Shown piece by piece: positions 11,080 through 20,034 of a stretch of 64,000 nucleotides of DNA. The position numbers and the translations under genes are program-made. The notes beneath the pieces were generated by a model. The model saw nothing but the letters and a program-made list of their open reading frames with translations. It did not search any database and was not told the origin of the DNA. Source of the stretch: a plasmid. The stretch lies in sequence record NZ_CP106960.1; one strand, 5' to 3'. The number at the start of each line of letters is the position of its first letter. Position 1 is the first letter of the stretch.

Positions 11080-11141
11080 CTGTGATTTGTTCTAAATAGA
11101 ACGTCAAAACGGCAGGCTTTGACGTGATTTCACGCAAGACG

Positions 11142-13031
11142 TTAATCCGCTTGCGGCCACATTTTAAGTGCAGCATTCCCTAGTAACGCACCACGTGCGA
11201 GAATTTGTTGCTCATCCCATCGGTCTATAGCGGTCAGAGGCACATTTAAACGCAGGCTGGTATGGGCAAGAAAAGCATCACGTTTTTTTAGAAAGTCTGA
11301 GTGTTGGAGGGAACGATTCACGCTGAGGTTAAGTAACGTCAGATTTCCCAAAGTTGCAATTACTTGCTGCCGTTTCCACACCAGTTCCTGAGCAGGCGTC
11401 AGCTCCGCACCTGCAAGAACTATCTGAGTAACTGCTGAAGCTTCTGTAATCGTAACAGATTGTCCGTTTTCGAGAGGCCAGTGGGAGAACCACTGCTGAG
11501 GCATGAGGTGATCGATATCGAGACTGGAAAGTTTAGGGACATCCGGTTCCTCTGTTTTAACCTGACGGCGGAGTTCCCCTTCAAGCTCTGTGAGCATCAT
11601 ACGCATCTTCGGCGTATCGAGCCTGCCGGGATAAAGCTGGGCGGTAGTACAGGCATTAAGGAATTCTGAGTCAGTCGGCCATCGAGAAGCCTCGCCATTC
11701 AGATTCTTTAGACTGTAGCGTAACTCAACACTGGAAACTTCAGTTTTAGCCAGGTGCCGTAAGACATTCATGAAAACGTTATTGTAGTTCTTGGGTGTAA
11801 GACCACATACGGCTCTTCGCACCACATATGAGACTAGATCATTAAACATGATTGTCTTTTCAGTGTCGGAGATGTCAGTGACCGAAATCAGAAGTGCGAG
11901 AGGGTGAATAGTCGTCACGTCATAGGCTGCAATACGACGGCCAAAGCGTGCGATAGGAGACGTACCACTATCACCGATCAGTTCTTTATATTGATGGGCA
12001 TAGCGATTGAGAAGTGCGACCTGCTGATCGGCCCGGTGCGCAGGCATATCCTTAGTGACGTAGTCCCGGAACTCGTTGTAAAGACGTGATAAATCCACTT
12101 CACTACGTTTTTCAGCTTGTAGCGTGGCGTGAATTAACCATTCCAGTCGGGGTTTATAAATTCGGCCACGTCGTTGATTTTCCGTCCAGTAGGGATCTTC
12201 AAATGATTTCCAGTCATTCTCATACAACATCCCAGCATCAATACCGTCACGCTCAGCGCGCATAAAGATGTAATTGCGAATGAGATCCGTCGCATGAAGT
12301 TCTGCCCCCCGACCATTTAACGTCTCAAAAATGATTTGAGCATCATCCTCTGCCTCTAAGGTTATGCTGATCATTTTTAGGTCAGTCAGTACTGCGTTAA
12401 TCAAAGCCTCTGCATTTGAGGCTAAAGAGTGCTCTTCTGCATTGATGAACTGAATAAAAGCATCACTAAAGAACCATAACGCTTCCAGTGAGGGTGGGTG
12501 ATTGAAGTGCTTACGCAGGGTGCCATGTTGAGTGAAGCTATCCGGATAGACATCGCGCAGATCATCTGCGGCGTCAACGTTGAGACTTTTAATAAAATCT
12601 TTTTGATCCCGGAATGTTGGCCAAAGTTTAAAACGTTCGACCTCCTCATTACGCATTGTTTCTTCGTTTGTGTTGCGTAAACAAGGCAATACGATCTTCT
12701 CCAGTCCGGAAAGGCCCGTTGCCCGAAGTGCAAGTCGGATGGAAGCAAGAATATACTGAAGTGTAGTCAGTCGCTGTTGACCATCAATGATGTGTAAAGT
12801 ATCAACCCCCAACAAGCTATCTCTGGATTGAGGTTCAAGCACGACGGCCCCAAGAAAATGAGGCGTTGGTTTTGTACCTGATAATCTGCTTTGCGCCTTA
12901 TCGAAAATATCTTCTAATAGTGCGGACCACTGGTCTCTTTGTGTCCATACATAGGCTCGTTGATAGAAGGGAACACAATATTGTCGGCGATCCTGGAATA
13001 TCTGATTAACTGTAAGCGGCTCTGATTTCAT
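11142..13031 (-). CDS. GmrSD-family nuclease-like protein (DUF262 N-terminal ParB/Srx-like NTPase domain plus DUF1524 His-Me finger nuclease domain), 629 aa
   Basis: The N-terminus carries DUF262 signatures (VPFYQRAYVW, IIDGQQRLTTL). The C-terminus carries the DUF1524 signature (DIDHLMPQQW, GNLTLLNLSVN). It is a single gene between trbC and nikB. Confidence 0.7.
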   Translation of the reverse strand: MKSEPLTVNQIFQDRRQYCVPFYQRAYVWTQRDQWSALLEDIFDKAQSRLSGTKPTPHFLGAVVLEPQSRDSLLGVDTLHIIDGQQRLTTLQYILASIRLALRATGLSGLEKIVLPCLRNTNEETMRNEEVERFKLWPTFRDQKDFIKSLNVDAADDLRDVYPDSFTQHGTLRKHFNHPPSLEALWFFSDAFIQFINAEEHSLASNAEALINAVLTDLKMISITLEAEDDAQIIFETLNGRGAELHATDLIRNYIFMRAERDGIDAGMLYENDWKSFEDPYWTENQRRGRIYKPRLEWLIHATLQAEKRSEVDLSRLYNEFRDYVTKDMPAHRADQQVALLNRYAHQYKELIGDSGTSPIARFGRRIAAYDVTTIHPLALLISVTDISDTEKTIMFNDLVSYVVRRAVCGLTPKNYNNVFMNVLRHLAKTEVSSVELRYSLKNLNGEASRWPTDSEFLNACTTAQLYPGRLDTPKMRMMLTELEGELRRQVKTEEPDVPKLSSLDIDHLMPQQWFSHWPLENGQSVTITEASAVTQIVLAGAELTPAQELVWKRQQVIATLGNLTLLNLSVNRSLQHSDFLKKRDAFLAHTSLRLNVPLTAIDRWDEQQILARGALLGNAALKMWPQAD

Positions 13032-13117
13032 GGGGTTCCTTTAATAATACTAAGTGATTTGAGAGCCTGAGAATCGGAGTCACCATCTTCAGGCAACCAG
13101 TTCCTTTCAACCCGGTC

Positions 13118-15817
13118 CTAACGAGGAGACGGTGGCTTCCAAGTATTCTGGTATGCAACATTATTATCTAGGGTGTGTATGCCCTGATTGACCATTTCAT
13201 CAAAGCGGCGCTCGCTCTCAACACGAAGCTGGTCTACGTCAGGACGGGAGATCTGATATTCACCCTCATCGCGATGATTGACGTTGTGCCATGCCACCAT
13301 TTTCGCAAATGCTGCATTGAACTGGTCATTGTTCCCTTCTGGTTCCATCGCAACGGTCGGGGACCGGCTGAAAAGAACCGGTGCAACTTTTACCATGTCA
13401 TGCTTAAGCACATCGTAATCCCCGTTGTTCTGGAAAATAACCCGATCGCCATAGTCAGTACAGATGTGTCGTCCCGTTTCCGGGTCCCTGAACTGAACAC
13501 GCCCGTTTTTCTTCAGCGACGCCCGCAGGCCAGGAACGCCGGAATAAACAGGCGTACCACCAGGCTCACAAATCACCACACACCGGTTATCCGTTGTGGC
13601 TTTCACAGCATTGCTGCGGCGATCCCGGTAATCCCATCCTCTCAGCTGCGATATCGCAGCCTTGTCACCTTTCAGCGCTTCAACTTCCACCCACTGCCGG
13701 TAAGACGGCGGATACCATTTCCCCTGCCCGATAAGTTCCAGACGTTCCGCTTTCACACTCTCTTTCAGCGCAATGAGTGCCTGCATGCGCTGCAGCTCCG
13801 CAATGTGATAATGCAGCTTCCGCACGAGCGGATCGCGTTGCTGCGCGCGGATACGTGCCTTACGCAGCCTGCACTCGTCATGTATCGCCTGCCAGCGTTC
13901 CCGGTTGCGTAAGTCCGGACGCTGCCAGTTCGCGCGCCAGGCTGAATAACGGGCCTTCAGATCGTCGCGCGCAGCAGCGCGTGCTTCCCGGCGCTGGCGA
14001 CGCAGTTCAGGGTCACGTTTCATGCCCGGGATATCGCGGTCGCTGACGGCAAGCTCAGGGTTATAACGGCTCACCGGCGCAACGCGTTCAAAGATATCTG
14101 ACGGCACACGAACAAACGCACCGGCATGCGGCTCTGCACGAGCAAGCGTCAGATCCGGATGGACATGGCTTGCTTTAACCGGCGTCTGGTCGTGGTTATA
14201 AGCATCCATCACCATCAGGCCCTGTTGCTCACGCATCAGCAGTAATCCCTGACGCGCCAGCAGTTCATGACCACGCTCCCAGGTGAATTCCCCGCTGCTG
14301 ATTAGCGCCTCTAAATCCTGACGGCAGTGTGACACCGCATAGCCCCACAGGCTTTCTTTGTCGGAGAAAATCTCACGCTTAAGCGCGCCCTGCGGACCCG
14401 AACCGGTGCGCAGTTTTGCCCATTCCCGATCGCTGACCGGGCGGGCTTCCAGTCCACCGCCGGCAAAACGTTCCGCCGGAGGTACCTGCCGGAAGATATC
14501 GTGAGGAACAGGCTGCCACCCTCCTTCATAGCTGTTCATGACTGCTTTCGTCAGCGCCGGCCAGACGCGTTCAGCGCGTACTGGCGTGCGCGTCTGATCG
14601 TAACCGTCACAGATAACCAGGCGGTCATGCTGTTCTTTCAGGTACAGACCGGAATGTGCCAGAAGTGCATGAACCGCCTGCATGGTGCGTTGCGCCGGGT
14701 TCTGATCGAGTGCGATAAGTGGCGCGCGCAGACGGGAGACAGCGTACTCATTCAGCGTCTCTTTTTCGGACATGCGTTCAGGACGGGACGGCATAGTAAC
14801 GGTATCCGGATCGTAGCGACCCACATCTGGTACCTGCGTGAAAATGTCCTGTGCGGGCGGCGTGAACTCGCCAAGTTTGCGGATAAGTTTTTCCGTGTTC
14901 CACGAATGACCAAACGCCGAAAGCGTCACGCCCGGACGTTCGCGATCCCAGCCGTCCTTCACTTTCAGCTCGCCGTTATCACTGGCGATAAACAGCCCTG
15001 CTTGCGCAAAACGCTGATGCAGTGAAGGCCAGTCTGTCACCGGTGCTTCGCGAAGACCCGCGACAGCGGTATCGGCAATGTACTCTTTCAGGCTCGGCTT
15101 GCGGCCGTGCTGCCAGGCGCTCTGACGGTCACGTTCGACTGACGTGCGGCGCACAATACGGTTATCCGGCGCAATGACATAGCAGCCATTGTCCGGTGAA
15201 AAGCCATGTTTAAGCTCCAGCTCGCGGCAGGCTTTGCTCAGTTTTTCCTGACTGTATGGCAGTCGGTTCAGGTAGCCGGTTTGAGGGTGAACCCGGTTTA
15301 CGGCAACGTGAACATGCAGGTTATCGGTATCGGTGTGAACAGCCGATACGAACTGGTGATCGCTCAGTCCGAGGCGGGAAAGTGAGTGGCGAACGGAGTC
15401 ATAAATCTGTTCCGGGCGCGGGCTTTCGTGTGACTGCCAGCTAAGAATGTAGTGGAACACCGGGTCACTTTTGTTATGGGCGAACTTCGCTTTGCGTGCC
15501 GCGAACTCCATCTCTTCAGCTGCACTTTCAATGGATGTGCAGTTGTGAAAACAGGTCACACCATAAAAATTCACCCACTCTCCGCCGTCCGGCATCACAT
15601 CCACCAGGGAGATAAATGACTCATCGCGCAGCTTTGTTGCGTAGTCAACAAGGCGGGAAAACCGGCTGCTGTGTGGCATGTCCGCTTTCGTACCGGATGC
15701 CCTGACGGCTTCCATCAGATCATCATCCTGCGGTTCATCACGCACGGAAACGTACGACACCAGGTCCCCGAAGGAGGACTTGCCGTCTTTTCGTTTCTTC
15801 GGAATGACCGGGATCAT
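13118..15817 (-). CDS. nikB: NikB relaxase (MobP family), 899 aa
   Basis: It is immediately downstream of nikA and oriT, 899 aa as in R64 NikB, and shows a relaxase N-terminal domain pattern. Confidence 0.8.
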   Translation of the reverse strand: MIPVIPKKRKDGKSSFGDLVSYVSVRDEPQDDDLMEAVRASGTKADMPHSSRFSRLVDYATKLRDESFISLVDVMPDGGEWVNFYGVTCFHNCTSIESAAEEMEFAARKAKFAHNKSDPVFHYILSWQSHESPRPEQIYDSVRHSLSRLGLSDHQFVSAVHTDTDNLHVHVAVNRVHPQTGYLNRLPYSQEKLSKACRELELKHGFSPDNGCYVIAPDNRIVRRTSVERDRQSAWQHGRKPSLKEYIADTAVAGLREAPVTDWPSLHQRFAQAGLFIASDNGELKVKDGWDRERPGVTLSAFGHSWNTEKLIRKLGEFTPPAQDIFTQVPDVGRYDPDTVTMPSRPERMSEKETLNEYAVSRLRAPLIALDQNPAQRTMQAVHALLAHSGLYLKEQHDRLVICDGYDQTRTPVRAERVWPALTKAVMNSYEGGWQPVPHDIFRQVPPAERFAGGGLEARPVSDREWAKLRTGSGPQGALKREIFSDKESLWGYAVSHCRQDLEALISSGEFTWERGHELLARQGLLLMREQQGLMVMDAYNHDQTPVKASHVHPDLTLARAEPHAGAFVRVPSDIFERVAPVSRYNPELAVSDRDIPGMKRDPELRRQRREARAAARDDLKARYSAWRANWQRPDLRNRERWQAIHDECRLRKARIRAQQRDPLVRKLHYHIAELQRMQALIALKESVKAERLELIGQGKWYPPSYRQWVEVEALKGDKAAISQLRGWDYRDRRSNAVKATTDNRCVVICEPGGTPVYSGVPGLRASLKKNGRVQFRDPETGRHICTDYGDRVIFQNNGDYDVLKHDMVKVAPVLFSRSPTVAMEPEGNNDQFNAAFAKMVAWHNVNHRDEGEYQISRPDVDQLRVESERRFDEMVNQGIHTLDNNVAYQNTWKPPSPR

Positions 15818-15837
15818 GATGCGCTGTTCTCTCCGCG

Positions 15838-16173
15838 TTAATCGTTATTCATCAGCTGCTTTCTGAGCGTGTTGGCCAGCTCAGTTATTGCCACAAGGAC
15901 CGTGGAATACTCCTTATCCCCGACCCGTTTCCCTTCAACAAAATGATGCTTCTGCAGTCGCCCCAGCCTCAGCAACTCGGTCAGAAAGCTGTCATCAATG
16001 GCCGGGATGACCTTCCTGTTCATCGCCGCGTTGCGGATAAATGCCGAAACGCTTTGCCCTGCCTGCTCTGCTTCCCGCTCAATCTGTTCTATTTCTTCGG
16101 GCGTAAATCTCAGGGTTTTGATAACGGTTTTCTGCCGTTTTTCACTGCCCCTTCGGGATGCTCTGTCGCTCAT
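15838..16173 (-). CDS. nikA: NikA relaxosome accessory protein (RHH), 111 aa
   Basis: It is a small basic ribbon-helix-helix protein adjacent to oriT and 4 bp upstream of nikB. Confidence 0.75.
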   Translation of the reverse strand: MSDRASRRGSEKRQKTVIKTLRFTPEEIEQIEREAEQAGQSVSAFIRNAAMNRKVIPAIDDSFLTELLRLGRLQKHHFVEGKRVGDKEYSTVLVAITELANTLRKQLMNND

Positions 16174-16189
16174 GCGTGCTCCTTACTCG

Positions 16190-16300
16190 GGTGTCGGGGC
16201 GGAGCCCTGACCAGGTGGCATTTGTAATATCGTGCGTGCGCGGTATTACAAATGCACATCCTGTCCCGTTTTCAAAGCCATTATACGCCTAACCGGTGTT
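16190..16300. promoter_or_regulatory. oriT: oriT (R64/ColIb type) with imperfect inverted repeat and nick region
   Basis: The sequence ggcatttgtaatatcgtgcgtgcgcggtattacaaatgcacatcctgtccc contains an inverted repeat (catttgtaata / tattacaaatg) followed by a nick-region-like sequence, directly upstream of nikA. Confidence 0.7.
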
Positions 16301-16416
16301 TTCGCCTAGCGTCGATTTGACGGCATGGGCAGTGCGGAGCACTGCCACTTTCTTTCAGCTAATGGTATGATTTGAATGTAAATTTGCGCATCAGTATGTG
16401 AAAGGAAAAAAACGAT

Positions 16417-16740
16417 ATGGCAGATAAGAAATGGTTCACAAGTGAAGACGTGGAACTGGCAAAAACGGCGCTGGATGAGCTGCCTGATTTGACCGAAAAA
16501 CGGCTGACGAAATCCGACGTTCTGGACAAGCTGAAAGACCAGATAATTTTGCTTTCAGGCAGCAAAGGTTATTCTGTCGAGGATATCCGTTCGGCTCTGG
16601 ACGGTGTGGGGATCCAGACCAGTGTTAAAGCCATACGCGAAATTTTAAGTGCGCAAAAGAAACAAACAGTAGCCACGGGGGGTTCCCGTCGCAGGACCAC
16701 GAAAAATCCCGCTCAGGCTCCGGTGACAGAAGGCAAGTAA
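16417..16740 (+). CDS. Hypothetical protein, first leading-region gene (107 aa)
   Basis: The ORF has an AGGA-type RBS. It is acidic and helical, with no recognisable domain. Confidence 0.4.
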   Translation: MADKKWFTSEDVELAKTALDELPDLTEKRLTKSDVLDKLKDQIILLSGSKGYSVEDIRSALDGVGIQTSVKAIREILSAQKKQTVATGGSRRRTTKNPAQAPVTEGK

Positions 16741-16901
16741 GCCATCAGGGAGAATTATCTTGTGGACGGAAGGGATTCAGTCACCACGGAAAGTGGTGGG
16801 ATAATTCCGGCAGATGGAGTTCCGGCACTGTCAGGTTCAGTACCTGTTTGTGCCGACAGGAAGGAAATAAAATGGCGGAGATGATCCCCGCCATTCATCA
16901 A

Positions 16902-17735
16902 TCAGGATTTCAGGGCTTTCATCATTTCAGCCATTCCCCATAACGCACGGTTCAGCTTCACATCCCCATCAATACCCGTCACGGCGCGCGTACGCTGGCG
17001 ACGCCCCTGCGCAGATTTCCCCAGCAACCCGCCTTTCGTCATATTCTCCTGAACGCGTTGATACGTCGTCCACAAATCATCTGCTTTGTCCTCATGACGA
17101 CGGACGGTCAGCACATCAGAAGTTGCCAGCGGAATATGCTTTCCTTCCGCGTTTTCATCATAGCGCCACCCTAACGCGGTCTGCGCAAAAATCTCCTGCT
17201 CATCACGCGACAGCACGGTATCTTTCATAATTTCGCGTGACTCTGTGATGCTGTCGAAAACATCCAGAACCTCGTAAGCGCCTTCAATGACCTGACCGAC
17301 AACGTCACCTTTGTGCGGGACACGGATTTCCCCGAACGTCTGGCCGCATACCATCCCGTTAGTACAGACGAAACGAAACATCCCCGGGATCATCTGATAG
17401 CTGCTGCTGCCATCGTGGCTGTTGAGCAGAATGATTTCCGGCACCTCTGCGCCTGCGATCTGCCCGGCACGGCGCAGACGCATCATGTGTTTGGTGTGAC
17501 CGCGCTTCCCTTCATCACGCGTGCGGGTCTGGCAGGCAAAGAACGGTAGGAAACCTTCTTCACGCAGCTTATCCAGAACGGTGATGGTTGGAATGTAGGT
17601 GTAACGTTCGCTACGTGAATCATGCTTGTCCTCTGAAAAAATGCTCGGGACAACGTGCATTAGCTCGTCATTGGTCAGTGCGCGCTCTTTACGGATGACG
17701 TTCATGGATGAAAAACGGGATGCTAAACGGGTCAT
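16902..17735 (-). CDS. DUF932-family (YafZ/YfjQ-like) leading-region protein
   Basis: It is about 280 aa with a conserved pattern typical of DUF932 proteins in plasmid leading regions and ICEs. The start is chosen at MTRLAS; the ORF extends to 17801. Confidence 0.5.
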   Translation of the reverse strand: MTRLASRFSSMNVIRKERALTNDELMHVVPSIFSEDKHDSRSERYTYIPTITVLDKLREEGFLPFFACQTRTRDEGKRGHTKHMMRLRRAGQIAGAEVPEIILLNSHDGSSSYQMIPGMFRFVCTNGMVCGQTFGEIRVPHKGDVVGQVIEGAYEVLDVFDSITESREIMKDTVLSRDEQEIFAQTALGWRYDENAEGKHIPLATSDVLTVRRHEDKADDLWTTYQRVQENMTKGGLLGKSAQGRRQRTRAVTGIDGDVKLNRALWGMAEMMKALKS

Positions 17736-18136
17736 ATCAATCTCCTCACATGTCACAAAAAAATCATTTCTGCCGTCGCCTTTTTGATGATGTATCACCA
17801 TCGCGGGAGGCCGTTTCCGTGATAAAGCGATCGCCCTGACCGTTCAGGAGACGATGCAAGGAGGCAATGCGAGGCCGCAGCGCAAGCGACCAGAGGGAGT
17901 GCGAACGGGTGAGAAGTGCGTACTTGCATCGTTTCCGGGTCAGGGCAGAGTCTTTCACGGGAAGAGGCAGCACGCGGTGAGCACCGGCGTCAAAAGGATG
18001 ATGCGGAAATTTCCCGGCGGGCGCCGCCCGACCCGGAACCGCCTGGCGGGTCCGGGTCGGGCGGCGCTGCCGGAACGGCAGCTGCAAGCCCGGGCGCCAG
18101 TGGTGAAGCATTACGCCCGGACAGACCTGTCTGCAA

Positions 18137-18709
18137 TTACCAGTCAAAAACCGGTGCGTTTTCCACTTCATCCCCCAGACCGGAGAAATGGATCATGCTG
18201 ATATCCGCCCGGCGAATGGCGCTGAAAATTAAAGCCCGCGCTTCGCGGGAAAGGCCCAGTTTTTTCAGGCGGAGTAAGGGTCTGGCGACAGCTTCCAGGC
18301 GAATGAGGTATCCCACATCCGTATCCATAATCCACCACCCTTCATGCTTCGTACGGCTCAAACCCTGCAACAAAAGATTGTCAGCTTCTGTCAGATGGTT
18401 AGCGCAGCATTCCATTACCGGGCGCAACATCATACCCGGCAGGGTGAGGGAATTACCCCAGCCCAGTGAATCAGTGATGTCATTCCATGACCATTTTTCA
18501 GTATCAGGTACGGGCAGCGCCAGTAACTGAAAAGGCACGCCCATTTTCTCCGCCATAAGCAGCCCTGTGCCGATCACGGCATCATCACGTTCCCCGATAT
18601 CGCAGCTGGCAATACGTTCGCCATCGAGAAAAATAGCCTCATCACCGTTATCAAGCTGAATACCTGTCACTCCGCGCGGAGCGTTCTGCAAGTAGCGTTT
18701 ACGCAACAT
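18137..18709 (-). CDS. Hypothetical protein (190 aa)
   Basis: A clean ORF in the leading region with no recognised domain. Confidence 0.4.
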   Translation of the reverse strand: MLRKRYLQNAPRGVTGIQLDNGDEAIFLDGERIASCDIGERDDAVIGTGLLMAEKMGVPFQLLALPVPDTEKWSWNDITDSLGWGNSLTLPGMMLRPVMECCANHLTEADNLLLQGLSRTKHEGWWIMDTDVGYLIRLEAVARPLLRLKKLGLSREARALIFSAIRRADISMIHFSGLGDEVENAPVFDW

Positions 18710-18761
18710 TTGTTTATCCCGTCAGAAGTTCAGAAGCCGCCCCTTTACGGGGCGGCGGTTA

Positions 18762-19001
18762 TCAGGCGCAGGCTCTGGATAATTCCAGTGACCGCAGAAG
18801 ATGTCCCAGTTCTGTGCAACTCATGGCCGGAATACGCACCGGCTGATGACGGCGCTCTGCTCGTGCAACAATCTTGCCCCATACTTTAGGACGGCGGGCG
18901 ATCGCCTCCGCAGGCACGGTTTCGTGGCGCTTGCGCGGATGACTGTTACGCCGGTTATTTACAAAATACTCGCGACATGCGAGGATGAATTGGTCTTTCA
19001 T
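18762..19001 (-). CDS. Small hypothetical protein (79 aa), paralog of 20904-21206
   Basis: It shares the C-terminal motif RIPAM-x5-GHxLRxLEL with the ORF at 20904-21206. Confidence 0.4.
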   Translation of the reverse strand: MKDQFILACREYFVNNRRNSHPRKRHETVPAEAIARRPKVWGKIVARAERRHQPVRIPAMSCTELGHLLRSLELSRACA

Positions 19002-19751
19002 AAAAAGTCTCCAGTACAGATTTTTTGTGAGTCCGGTCTGCTCGAACAGCCCGGAGTGAAGAAGCAGAGTTCGCGCTCTGCTTTTTTATTGCCTGAAATC
19101 CGGCAATATCCTGCGCGTCGTCTGACGCAAACCTCCCTAGTCGTCCGGCCTCTTCTGCCGTCGTCCTTTTCGGTTTTTTTGCAATGAGTGAAACGCCCTC
19201 ATTACGCTTATGCCCTGACGGGGCGACGACGAAAAGCAGGGGTGGAGGCCGGATTATTTGGAGCCTGCGAGAAAAAATCTGGCCGGAAAGCGACAGCGGC
19301 CCTTGCTGCACGGAGACGCTCCTTCAGCGTGCATAAGTAATGAGAGGCTTTCACGGCAACGACGGACAGGACGGCAGAAGACGCCGGAAACCCGGCGTTC
19401 CCTGGCGACCGCCGGGGCGGTCAGTGAAAGCGGCGCTGCCGGAACGGCAGCTGCAAGCGCAAGGGGTTCAGGCATCGCTTGCTATCCGAATGGACGGAGA
19501 CGCGAGCGGCTCCGCGTAGCGCGGTGGACACACGTCCACCACGCGAAGTGCAGGCGACGACCCGGCTACGACGGGGAGCCGAAGGTGCCCGCAGTGTAGT
19601 TCGCAAACAGAAAAACTCGTGCAAAACCATCACTGAAAGTCGTCGAAATATAAAATTAAAAAAGTGCAGATATTGCACTTTTATGGATTTATTTTTTGCA
19701 TAATTTCGCACTAAAATAAGTGCAGTTTTTGCAACTTTGGTGGGTTTCCAG

Positions 19752-20015
19752 ATGACGGGTTACGAGCTGCGTTTGTGGCGAAAAGGCATGGGCTGGAGCA
19801 GCGATAAAGCGGCGGAAGAGCTTGGCGTAAGCCTGCGCACCTGGAAAGAGTATGAACAGGCGGCAGAAGTAAAACGGGTCGTAGAACTTGCAACGGTTTC
19901 ACTGTCCCTCGCTGCGATCTTCCCCACGTGTAGGCTCCGAAAAACAACTAAAGAGCGTGTGCTTAACATGGTTCTTGCACTCCTGAACTCAGCGGGCCTG
20001 AAGGGGCCGCGCTGA
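19752..20015 (+). CDS. XRE-family helix-turn-helix transcriptional regulator (87 aa)
   Basis: It carries an HTH_XRE signature (YELRLWRKGMGWSSDKAAEELGVSLRTWKEYE). An AT-rich upstream region holds TGCAC-containing palindromes. Confidence 0.5.
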   Translation: MTGYELRLWRKGMGWSSDKAAEELGVSLRTWKEYEQAAEVKRVVELATVSLSLAAIFPTCRLRKTTKERVLNMVLALLNSAGLKGPR

Positions 20016-20034
20016 GCGCCGCCCCTGCCCTTCT

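Noticed and set aside
13175-15025. Plus-strand ORFs of 245 and 174 aa inside nikB
   Set aside because: They are antisense to the 899 aa relaxase gene, with no RBS or domain signal.
17764-18530. Several long overlapping ORFs (135-204 aa) on both strands in the 17.8-18.5 kb GC-rich stretch
   Set aside because: They lie inside a partial copy of the GC-rich leading-region repeat. The amino-acid composition is Arg/Gly/Pro-rich, typical of spurious frames in high-GC DNA. They overlap each other and the real minus-strand genes.
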